DNA of 20,000 nt from an uncultured virus (IMG/VR IMGVR_UViG_3300027801_002629) (taxonomy: Duplodnaviria > Heunggongvirae > Uroviricota > Caudoviricetes): the IMG/VR virus record IMGVR_UViG_3300027801_002629; one strand, written 5' to 3'. Numbering within the stretch: position 1 is the first letter of the stretch; each line of letters opens with the position of its first letter. The notes beneath the pieces are model-generated. The model saw nothing but the letters and a program-made list of their open reading frames with translations, was not told the DNA's origin and did no database searches. Below are positions 9,416 to 17,941 of this stretch, piece after piece. The translations under genes were made by a program, and so were the position numbers.

Positions 9416-10853
9416 ATAACATCTCTAAGTATTCTTGTTTTTTTCTTAGTACATTTTTACTTTTTGCTTCGATACTATCATACTTTTTTCTAAATTCGGC
9501 GGCAGGAGTAAATTTTACAGTTTCCATATCAAAACCCATATTAAATACTCTAAATATTTGATGAGCATTAAAATGATTATGATTTTTAAATCTATTAGTC
9601 ATTTCTTTTTTTATTTCACAAGCTTGTTTAAAATTTAAATAACCGTTATCCCATACAAAATGTCCTTTATTATCTGGTTCTATATTCGTATATCCCCACT
9701 TATAAGGGTCTACCATTAATCTACTAGTATTAAAATGACTTCCAGACTGACTTGGAATACTTAAAGCATAAACCTCTTTATTATCTAAGGGACAATCTTC
9801 ACTATCCAACCAATCCATAGTTGCTTCTATACTTTCTAGAGGTTCAAATGGCAAACCTATAATAAACCCACTTCCTAAATTTAAGTTACTATTTTCTTTT
9901 ATATAATGTAAACCTTCTATAGTCTTTTCTCTAGCCATTCCCTTTCCAATAGCAGAGCCTGCTTTTTTATAAAGTGTTTCTATACCGAATTGCATACCAA
10001 TACACCCACTTTCTTCCAATATAGGTAATGTATGTAAATGTGAAATTAATAAATCAGACCTAGCATAAGCAGCAAAATATACTTTAAAAGGTAAACTAGT
10101 AAAAACATCATGCACATACTCACACTTTTCTACGCTATCATTTAATAAATCATCCATTATGTCATAATGTTGTGTACCGAAATTTTCATAATTATAAATC
10201 AATTCTTCTTTTAAAATAGATTTATCTTTTAGGTGTTTATATGTTTTACCTTTTCCATTGCCAGGATAATAGCAATAACTACATCTAAATTTACACCCTC
10301 TTGCTATTTCTATAGGTAAAGCTTCTTTTGGAAAAATGCAATCTTGTTTTGTAAAAATTGTTCTACTAGTATTAAAATCATCATAAATAAAATCTTCTCC
10401 ACAATTTACAATTAATTGTCCATTAAAATATTTTCCCTTTATAGTATCATTTGCTATATGAATTATGGCTTTATCAGCAAAACCAATTACTAAAATATCA
10501 AATACTTTTTTTGCTAATTTTGTATATCTAGCAGGGCCACCTCTATTACCACCTAAAATTACCTTTAAGTCATATTTGTTCTTGTATTCCTCTATTAAAG
10601 GTAACATCCATTCTTGGCCAAAAATATAATTAGGATCATCATATAAAAATGTATCACTTACACCTAATATTTTTGTTTCTTTAGTTATAAATTTTTTGAA
10701 TAATTTTGAAGCTTCTTTTTCTGTTAACCTACAAGTAAAATCTATAACTTGTACTGAATATCCTGCCAACCGTAATTCTGTTGCTAATTTATAAGCACCA
10801 GCACTTCTCATCCAACCTTCAGTATATACATCAGATAATAATACTATTTCCAT
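9405..10853 (-). CDS. Cobalamin (B12)-binding radical SAM protein
   Basis: RSAGAYKLATELRLAGYSVQVID, LGVS, ILGG and IGFAD, then EIARGCKFRCSYC, MDDLLND, FGIETL and FIIGLPFE. Confidence 0.88.
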   Translation of the reverse strand: MEIVLLSDVYTEGWMRSAGAYKLATELRLAGYSVQVIDFTCRLTEKEASKLFKKFITKETKILGVSDTFLYDDPNYIFGQEWMLPLIEEYKNKYDLKVILGGNRGGPARYTKLAKKVFDILVIGFADKAIIHIANDTIKGKYFNGQLIVNCGEDFIYDDFNTSRTIFTKQDCIFPKEALPIEIARGCKFRCSYCYYPGNGKGKTYKHLKDKSILKEELIYNYENFGTQHYDIMDDLLNDSVEKCEYVHDVFTSLPFKVYFAAYARSDLLISHLHTLPILEESGCIGMQFGIETLYKKAGSAIGKGMAREKTIEGLHYIKENSNLNLGSGFIIGLPFEPLESIEATMDWLDSEDCPLDNKEVYALSIPSQSGSHFNTSRLMVDPYKWGYTNIEPDNKGHFVWDNGYLNFKQACEIKKEMTNRFKNHNHFNAHQIFRVFNMGFDMETVKFTPAAEFRKKYDSIEAKSKNVLRKKQEYLEMLYAI

Positions 10854-11539
10854 GTTCCACTATCCAAAGAAGGATAACTTTCTTGTTCTAAACTTATTTC
10901 ATTGTTAAAATGATTTAAAACAGTATCTTTTTCTAAAGTACTAGTAAAAATCATATGATATCTAGGTAGCTTTACATGACCATTCATAAATGTATGTGTT
11001 TCAGAAGTATCAACATAATATATTGTTCCATCAGCTGGTAAATGAATTATAACTCTATGACGTTGTTCTGGAAAAACAAATAGATTACTTGGATTTGTTA
11101 TAATTGGTAAATGAAATTTATATGTCATATCTCTATGTAATCTATAACATCTTTTTTCGTTAAGTTTAGCAATACGTGCTCTAGTAACAGGTATTGGAAA
11201 TAAATTTACAATTTCTTCAAAATATGAATTTTTAAACAAATCATTAATAGTGTCAAAACTATCTTCTGTTAAAGGATTTGTAGAAATATCTTTTGCTAAA
11301 TCTGGTTGGGGCCCACAGCTTTGATGATATGGATTATTACTTCCTACCGTTCCATGAATAGCAATTTGGCCATTGTGCCTTCCTTCCTTGTCGCCTTTCC
11401 ACCAACCAATTTCTTCTATTTTAGGAAGAAAATTCTTTAATTCTTTTTGTAATTTTTCAATGTTAATACCAATTTCAAATTTACGTATTAATCCACAATT
11501 CTGTTGCGTCAATTGGGGTCCTATCTTTATTTCTACCAA
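10844..11539 (-). CDS. Aspartyl/asparaginyl beta-hydroxylase-like Fe(II)/2OG oxygenase
   Basis: RARI...YRLHRD (HxD), FHLPIITN, HTFMNG (distal His) and RYHMI. Start may be TTG 11512, preceded by AGGA. Confidence 0.8.
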   Translation of the reverse strand: MVEIKIGPQLTQQNCGLIRKFEIGINIEKLQKELKNFLPKIEEIGWWKGDKEGRHNGQIAIHGTVGSNNPYHQSCGPQPDLAKDISTNPLTEDSFDTINDLFKNSYFEEIVNLFPIPVTRARIAKLNEKRCYRLHRDMTYKFHLPIITNPSNLFVFPEQRHRVIIHLPADGTIYYVDTSETHTFMNGHVKLPRYHMIFTSTLEKDTVLNHFNNEISLEQESYPSLDSGTWK

Positions 11540-12158
11540 AATTTTTAAATTCAGAAGTAATGTAATAACTTTTTCTATTTGTATCTTTACTTAACCAAGG
11601 GGAAACACTATGAAAAGTTGTACTACTATTTCTAGTTAAAATAAGTCTATTCTTTTTTATTGGAATTGTTTTGTGTAAGGATTTATCTTCATTATGAATA
11701 TTAAAAGAACCGTCTTTACTGTCAGAAAAATATAACGAACCACTCCATATAGTTACTTCGTTATCATGATGTACATCTAATATATTTTCTTCACAATAAG
11801 TATTTTCTACAACCATAGCTTCTCTTGCAATTCTATAATCACCTATAGTTTTTCTAACATTAGTTTTTTCTCCAATTAATGGTATTTCTAAAATTTCACA
11901 AACTTTATCATGAAATTCTGAAGATAATAAATTTTTATAAAATTTACTAGATAGTCCTTTGGAGTAATAGGCAACTTCGTTTAGTATTTGTAGTGCACTT
12001 CGAGCTCTAGTTACATCATTTTCACGGCTAAATAAATTATTCTTACACCAAGCATCATCTGGAAATAAATTATCATTATACTCTACTAAAAAATTATCAC
12101 ACATAGCATATTTAAACGGTTTATTATAAGTTTCTATATTTTGCCAATTAAATATCAT
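11481..12158 (-). CDS. Fe(II)/2OG-dependent oxygenase (prolyl-hydroxylase-like 2OG-FeII_Oxy)
   Basis: PFKY...DNFL N-terminus, LDVHHD (HxD), SLYF, NRLIL, FHSV (distal His) and RKS (2OG-binding RxS). Confidence 0.82.
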   Translation of the reverse strand: MIFNWQNIETYNKPFKYAMCDNFLVEYNDNLFPDDAWCKNNLFSRENDVTRARSALQILNEVAYYSKGLSSKFYKNLLSSEFHDKVCEILEIPLIGEKTNVRKTIGDYRIAREAMVVENTYCEENILDVHHDNEVTIWSGSLYFSDSKDGSFNIHNEDKSLHKTIPIKKNRLILTRNSSTTFHSVSPWLSKDTNRKSYYITSEFKNFGRNKDRTPIDATELWINT

Positions 12159-12522
12159 ATATTTCCTTTAACCATTCGGTTTTATTATTGTTTAATTGAA
12201 ATGAAAAGTTATTTCCCATTTTTCTAAGTTTACCTTGAGAAAACCAACAACTTAAAAACATTGCTATATTTTCTGGTTTCCATTTAAATTTAAATAAAAA
12301 ATCATCTATTATAATATTTTCATACTTTGAAAACTCTTTTATAAAACAACCAACAAAAACTATTCTACTTTCTTCATTAACAAACTCGTAAGCTTCATCT
12401 ACATTTACTACAATATAATTAATATTGTGAGGATATACGTAATGAAGAAATGCTGTTTTTATTTTTTCCTTTTTTACTATAACGATATTTTTAATGTCGC
12501 ATAGTTGGTATGCCAAGTCCAC
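12148..12522 (-). CDS. Hypothetical protein
   Basis: 124-aa ORF that exactly fills the gap between two co-oriented genes. GTG start is uncertain and no motif is recognised. Confidence 0.55.
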   Translation of the reverse strand: MDLAYQLCDIKNIVIVKKEKIKTAFLHYVYPHNINYIVVNVDEAYEFVNEESRIVFVGCFIKEFSKYENIIIDDFLFKFKWKPENIAMFLSCWFSQGKLRKMGNNFSFQLNNNKTEWLKEIYDI

Positions 12523-13480
12523 TTTTCGGATACTCCCAAGGTATATTTGTCAATTCTGGATACATTTCTTTATATAAATTCTTTTTACCTTTATGTTCAC
12601 TAGACATATTCACACAACTATGAATAAATTCATTTTCAGCAAAAGGATGTACCCAATTTAAGTTATCATCTTCACAATTAAATATTCTATATGCTCCTTC
12701 ATCTTGTAATCTTGTAAACATCACTCTGTTTAATATATCTGGATGTTTATCCCATTCAGAAAATCTATTTTCAAAATGTTCTATACATTCTTTATAAATG
12801 TCATCATCATATAATTCTAAAACACTATTACTTTTTCTATAAGAACCACAAACATTAACGTGCCATCTTGATAATGCTTTAGGGTTATACCCCATCATTG
12901 CAGTATATTGTAATGCTTGATTCACTTGCATTTCACCAGTACCAATCTCTCCAGTAAATATAGTATAATCATTTAACTCTGAATTATTTATAGCCATTAT
13001 TTTTGCAGTATATGGATTTTCTATCCAATAAGGAAACTCTATTTTTGGTATAGAATCTATTCTATAATATATTACATTTATTTCTAAATCTAACTCTATT
13101 CTATTAACAATACTTTTTTCTGTAGTTAATGATATACCAGAAAATAAACTTACAGGAATAAATGGAATATCTAATTTTTTAAAGATGTGAGCCAGTGTGG
13201 TACTATCTTTACCACCACTTAATAAAATAACATTTTTATCTGTTGCATATTTTTTTATAGTATCTTCTAATATTTTTCTCAAATCTTGTATTTTAATATT
13301 TAAAATTTTATTACTTACTATATTTTCTTTTGGAGGATATCTTTTAAGATTTTTTATAGGATGCCTATTACTCACTGTCCACCCACCTAAATGTTTTCGT
13401 TCTATTAAAAAATCATCATTTTGTTCTCCAACACCAGAATCAAAAAAACATTTAAAATAATCAATGTTGTTTAAGTTCAT
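12491..13480 (-). CDS. Asparagine-synthase C-terminal-like PP-loop ATP pyrophosphatase / amide ligase
   Basis: ILLSGGKDSTTL PP-loop, IFTGEIG (TGxGxDE-like), VHPFAENEF, K..LYKE and PKSG. No Ntn glutaminase domain (no Cys at the N-terminus). Confidence 0.7.
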   Translation of the reverse strand: MNLNNIDYFKCFFDSGVGEQNDDFLIERKHLGGWTVSNRHPIKNLKRYPPKENIVSNKILNIKIQDLRKILEDTIKKYATDKNVILLSGGKDSTTLAHIFKKLDIPFIPVSLFSGISLTTEKSIVNRIELDLEINVIYYRIDSIPKIEFPYWIENPYTAKIMAINNSELNDYTIFTGEIGTGEMQVNQALQYTAMMGYNPKALSRWHVNVCGSYRKSNSVLELYDDDIYKECIEHFENRFSEWDKHPDILNRVMFTRLQDEGAYRIFNCEDDNLNWVHPFAENEFIHSCVNMSSEHKGKKNLYKEMYPELTNIPWEYPKSGLGIPTMRH

Positions 13481-13943
13481 AATCTAATTCCTTTTTAACA
13501 TAACAATTAGGCCCAAATTCTACTTTTTCATCAAAAAAATCACTAGTCTTTATAAAACCATATTTCTCATAAACTGGTAAAGCACTTTTTCTAGGTAAAC
13601 TCCATATATGAGTGCATTGTTCTTTCATAGCAGCTCCCTCAATTTCACAAAATAAAATACCAGCAATACCTTTTCTTCTATACAAAGGTTCAACCCAAAT
13701 GCCACGTGACCTATACAAACTATCCTCTGTTCTATGGCCTGAATTTACTCCAATAATTGTATCTTCAATATTATAAACAGCAACAAAGATTGGTTTATAT
13801 TTTTCATAAATTTTCATATCATAATTACGGTCATATGTCATACTACTCACAGGTTCAATTGGACTTTTTCTTTGTGGCCAAAGTTTTTCGTTCCATATAG
13901 GAAATATAGTTTCAAAATCCACTATCTTAGATTTGTATCTCAT
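13461..13943 (-). CDS. GNAT family N-acetyltransferase
   Basis: RSRGIWVEPLYRRKGIAGILF (acetyl-CoA motif A, RxxGxA) and ALPVYEKYGF (motif B). Confidence 0.88.
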   Translation of the reverse strand: MRYKSKIVDFETIFPIWNEKLWPQRKSPIEPVSSMTYDRNYDMKIYEKYKPIFVAVYNIEDTIIGVNSGHRTEDSLYRSRGIWVEPLYRRKGIAGILFCEIEGAAMKEQCTHIWSLPRKSALPVYEKYGFIKTSDFFDEKVEFGPNCYVKKELDYELKQH

Positions 13944-14626
13944 TTTTCACGTAAATGCCCTACAACACTATTATAATTATCTTCAGTTAAAGGTACATTA
14001 AGAACACATTGTACACTATCGTCTATATATGAAAATACAGAATGAGTTTTTCTTGTATTTACAAAATATGGTCTACCAGGCTCTAATTTTATTAATTTAT
14101 CTTCATATACAAAACTAAATTTAGTAGGACTACAATTATGACATAATGTTATAATTCTAAAACAAGTTACATTTAAAATTTTACCATCCCTATGTGGTGG
14201 GAAAAATCCACCACTATTAAGTCTTATAAAATGTGACCTACCTAATGTTTTAAAAATATCTAAAATAGGATGTATCGCAAATACTTTATTTGCTACATCA
14301 GTTTTGATATTAATTTCTTTTTCTGTTATATCAGTATTATACTTTTGATTATATAAAAATAAACTATCCAAATCTGGTATACCGCTTAAACCACCATCTA
14401 AACTAGTAATACTTAATCCTTGCCTATCAATAGGTTTTCTAGGATTATATTGTTTCCAATCATTTTTAAATTGTTTTAATTGTTCCTTTACTTTTAATAT
14501 ATCAACAGTAAAATCCAAGGGAACAATATCTCCCAAACTACTTAAATAAAGTATTAATTTAGAATCAATCAATGGTTTTTCCTTCCACATATTTAGCGGT
14601 AGACCATTGCATATGGTTAGAAGCAA
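13940..14626 (-). CDS. Aspartyl/asparaginyl beta-hydroxylase-like Fe(II)/2OG oxygenase
   Basis: RSHFIRLNSGGFFPPHRD (HxD), EPGRPYFVNTRKTHSVFS (distal His). Likely true start is TTG 14572 after AAGGA, or ATG 14590. Confidence 0.75.
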   Translation of the reverse strand: MLLTICNGLPLNMWKEKPLIDSKLILYLSSLGDIVPLDFTVDILKVKEQLKQFKNDWKQYNPRKPIDRQGLSITSLDGGLSGIPDLDSLFLYNQKYNTDITEKEINIKTDVANKVFAIHPILDIFKTLGRSHFIRLNSGGFFPPHRDGKILNVTCFRIITLCHNCSPTKFSFVYEDKLIKLEPGRPYFVNTRKTHSVFSYIDDSVQCVLNVPLTEDNYNSVVGHLREK

Positions 14627-15587
14627 AAGCTATAAGAGCTTGTAACCTTTCTTTAGTTACATAAGAATATAATGAATCCATAATAATTTTACTATCTTCA
14701 CCAAAATACATTGGATAATTACCTAACTTTTCAATCAAATAATTACGACTTTCTTTATTATTTATCATGTCTTTAAAAGAACTAATAACTTTTTCAGAAT
14801 TAGAATTAGGATGCATGAATAAACCTTTTTGAAGGCCGTCACGCCATACAGCAGATAAGATATATGCTTCATAAATTAAACCACTAGGTTCTTTATTAAA
14901 GGTCTTTCTATATAATTCAATTGCAGTAGGAGTATTTGGCCAATTATGGTCTTGAATAAAACCATTATCTGTATATAATCCGTGATTAAATAATCTAATG
15001 GCTTTTCCTTCTTTTACCATAGGTACAGTATTTTTAATATGTCTGGAAGCTGGTTCTCTTATATATTTTAAATCCCCTCTCAACCAAGCAAGTTTAGCAT
15101 CACCAGCACTCATTTTGCGAATAAAGGTTATATTTTCCCAACCTTTTAACAGAGTCCAAGCCAATGTTTCTGGAACACAACCAGAACAATCAGCAAGATA
15201 TAAAAGTTCATCTTGCCAATCAAAATTAGAAGAAATTGTAGTTGTTATATTATATGGTTGTATAAGGATAGGCTCCCAATCCTTAAAACTCCATTTTACA
15301 TCTTGTATCAACCATGCATTAGCATTTCCACCGTGAGCTAGAAGAATAGCCTTTGGGTCATTTTTATATTTTGATGCAAAAGTTTCTAAACCTACATTTC
15401 CCTTTCCACCTTTTATATTCTTAACAATAATTCGTTCACCCAAATACTTTTTTAATTCTTGAGCTACTACATCAGCCCAGATTGATGTTCCTGTACCTTT
15501 TGGACTTGGAACAATTAAAGTATAGTCAGCAAACGCTGTTCCTATATACACCAAAAATACTATAATACTTGATAAAAATAATTTCAT
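14565..15587 (-). CDS. tctC: Tripartite tricarboxylate transporter substrate-binding protein (TctC/Bug family), divergent
   Basis: Signal peptide ending AFA-D, then YTLIVPSPKGTGTSIWA...LGERIIVKNIKGGKGNVG matching the Bug/TctC N-terminus. Coupled to tctA by an ATGA overlap. Confidence 0.75.
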   Translation of the reverse strand: MKLFLSSIIVFLVYIGTAFADYTLIVPSPKGTGTSIWADVVAQELKKYLGERIIVKNIKGGKGNVGLETFASKYKNDPKAILLAHGGNANAWLIQDVKWSFKDWEPILIQPYNITTTISSNFDWQDELLYLADCSGCVPETLAWTLLKGWENITFIRKMSAGDAKLAWLRGDLKYIREPASRHIKNTVPMVKEGKAIRLFNHGLYTDNGFIQDHNWPNTPTAIELYRKTFNKEPSGLIYEAYILSAVWRDGLQKGLFMHPNSNSEKVISSFKDMINNKESRNYLIEKLGNYPMYFGEDSKIIMDSLYSYVTKERLQALIAFASNHMQWSTAKYVEGKTID

Positions 15588-17005
15588 ATTTCTCTCTTTA
15601 AAAATTTCATTCCACTAATTATTACTAATAGTGTTATTATTACCAAAACTAAAAAAATAGGTCTATGCAATATATCTAGTATATTATACATTGAAGATGC
15701 TTGATATGTCAAGGACTCTATCTTAGAAAATAAGATAAATGCTAAAAGAATTGCTGGTTTGCTTAAGTTTTTACTTAAAATTCCAATTATAGAACAAGCT
15801 CCCAAAAGAATAATGTCATAATAAGTATATGATATCTGGTAACAAGACCAACAAATCAAAACCAATATAATGGGTGCGTATATTTTTGTTGGTATTTTAA
15901 GTAATGAGGTAATTGGTTTACTTAGGATTAAACATAATATTCCAACTAATGTTGTACCACCTAAAAATCCAATAGCAAGATATTGATAAAAATCTGTATC
16001 ATTTTGTAAGGATACAGACCCTAAATCAAAATTCAACATATAAAAAATACTTAATATTACAGCCGCAAATGGTGTGCCAGGAATACCAAAAACTACTGTA
16101 GGTACAAAACTAGAAGCAGTCACAGCATTATTAGCTCCTTCTGGGCCGACAATTCCTGCTATATTACCATATCCAAATTTTCGTTTTGGATAAGTTGCCC
16201 TCGTTTGAGAATATGATAACCAATCTGCTACTACACCATGAACTCCTGGCAATACTCCTACAATAGCTCCTATTAAACCACCACGAAAACTAACCTTCCA
16301 ATATTTTTTCCATGCAAAAATTCCTAACTTAACTTGATACCAACTACTATTTAATTTCTGTAACTTTGTTTTTCCTAACAACATAGAAAATAGTTCTGGA
16401 ACAGCAAATAAACCACTAGTTAATATTAAAATGTTTATTCCATCCTCTAAGTAAGTATATCCTAATGTCAATCTAGGAGCATTGTTTTCATCTATTCCGA
16501 TATAACCTAAAATAAAACCTATAATAATACTAATAATACCATTTACTATTTTTCCTTTAATTAAGAATACAACAGCACATAATGCCATAATATTAAGCAT
16601 TAATAATTCTGGTATTCCAAAAATTAACAAAAGTTTACTATAAACAGGCATTAATAAAAATACAATAGAACCAAAAAATAAACCATTAATAGTACTACTA
16701 GTAAAAGCGGCACTTAAAGCTAAAGTAGCCTTTCCTTTTTTTGCTAAAGGATATCCATCTAATACCGTGGCTGCACTAGAACTTGAGCCAGGGATTCCTA
16801 ATAATATACTACTCCACGTATCTCCAGTAGCACAAGCAGACACCATTGCAGTATAGAATACGACACCCAAATATGGGTCACTATAAAAATATGGAAAAAA
16901 TATATAAGAGGTTAATAATGCAGTAGTTGGGCCTGCTGTAGGAATTACCCCAAATATAAGGCCCCATAAAACACCCAAAGTCATTATTAATAAAATTTCA
17001 ATCAT
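15584..17005 (-). CDS. tctA: Tripartite tricarboxylate transporter permease TctA
   Basis: Polytopic membrane protein with TctA repeat motifs FGVIPTAG, SILLGIPGSSSSAATVLDGYPLAKKG, GLFAVPE, GVLPG and PEGANNA...FVPTVVFGIPG. Confidence 0.92.
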   Translation of the reverse strand: MIEILLIMTLGVLWGLIFGVIPTAGPTTALLTSYIFFPYFYSDPYLGVVFYTAMVSACATGDTWSSILLGIPGSSSSAATVLDGYPLAKKGKATLALSAAFTSSTINGLFFGSIVFLLMPVYSKLLLIFGIPELLMLNIMALCAVVFLIKGKIVNGIISIIIGFILGYIGIDENNAPRLTLGYTYLEDGINILILTSGLFAVPELFSMLLGKTKLQKLNSSWYQVKLGIFAWKKYWKVSFRGGLIGAIVGVLPGVHGVVADWLSYSQTRATYPKRKFGYGNIAGIVGPEGANNAVTASSFVPTVVFGIPGTPFAAVILSIFYMLNFDLGSVSLQNDTDFYQYLAIGFLGGTTLVGILCLILSKPITSLLKIPTKIYAPIILVLICWSCYQISYTYYDIILLGACSIIGILSKNLSKPAILLAFILFSKIESLTYQASSMYNILDILHRPIFLVLVIITLLVIISGMKFLKREI

Positions 17006-17008
17006 TAG

Positions 17009-17941
17009 TTAAAAAAGTTTTGAATAATTCACAAATCCACAAAATCCATCTTTTACTAAAGTAAATAAATCTTTAGAATAATATTTAAACATATTCTTTT
17101 TCATCTCTATATAAATTTGTTCATAAAATTCATCAGTAGGATGAAAATGATCTGTTTTTGTTTTATAAATCAATTCAGGCCATTCTGAATTTTTCATAGA
17201 CATAGTATTACAAACACCTTTATTATGTTTACCATAACTTAATAACGGATGTATAGCTGCACTTTTTATCAAAGGCAATGTACTGTTAAAAAATGTATAT
17301 TGTCCTATTCTATTTCTATCTTTACCCCAAAACCACCATAATATTTCAGATGATGGACAAGGTATAATAATTTCTTTATCCCAATCATCACCAAAACAAT
17401 TTATCATAGTTTTACGATATATAAAACCATCTTTTTCTAATTCTCCCAGACCACCAACTATAAATTGTTCTTTAGGTATTTTTTCAAATAAACCAAGAGT
17501 TATTAAAAACCCTCTAAACATTTGACCATATCGTACACTATAATATTCCATTCTCATTAAACATTCATCATACTCTGCTTCATAATCAACCCATTGATAT
17601 CCAAGTTCCTTTGCTAATTCTTTACTTTTAATTCTGTGTTCGTTATCTGCCCAAGGATAATGTTCATAATAGATGGTAGCAGTTTTACCTAATGCATGAG
17701 CTGAACGAGCAACAATTTCGCTGTCACTACCACTAACAGGTATTGCTAAATTATTGGGAAGGAGTTTGGCGGCATTAATACATTCTTCTCTAAAAGAATT
17801 TGATTGCATTGGTGATGCAACTTTTATTTGATAATCAAAATTTTCTAATTTAATTTTTTTATCTAAAAATTCTCTAAAAGTTGCGTAAGGTTTTTTATTC
17901 ACAGACCAATATATATGTTTAGGGATCATAACTTGACTCAT
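17009..17941 (-). CDS. Hypothetical protein with a PP-loop-like motif (adenine nucleotide alpha hydrolase-like)
   Basis: SFREECINAA...LAIPVSGSDSEIVA resembles SGGxDS with a one-residue deletion. IVGGLGE lies downstream. Confidence 0.5.
   Translation of the reverse strand: MSQVMIPKHIYWSVNKKPYATFREFLDKKIKLENFDYQIKVASPMQSNSFREECINAAKLLPNNLAIPVSGSDSEIVARSAHALGKTATIYYEHYPWADNEHRIKSKELAKELGYQWVDYEAEYDECLMRMEYYSVRYGQMFRGFLITLGLFEKIPKEQFIVGGLGELEKDGFIYRKTMINCFGDDWDKEIIIPCPSSEILWWFWGKDRNRIGQYTFFNSTLPLIKSAAIHPLLSYGKHNKGVCNTMSMKNSEWPELIYKTKTDHFHPTDEFYEQIYIEMKKNMFKYYSKDLFTLVKDGFCGFVNYSKLF

Noticed and set aside
12491..13480. QueC / 7-deazaguanine DNA modification pathway
   Set aside because: SGGxDS is present, but the QueC C-terminal Zn-binding Cys cluster is absent and no QueD, FolE or DpdA-like gene is in the window.
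12148..13480. Lasso peptide cluster
   Set aside because: No transglutaminase-like leader peptidase, recognisable RRE or precursor with lasso leader motifs is visible.
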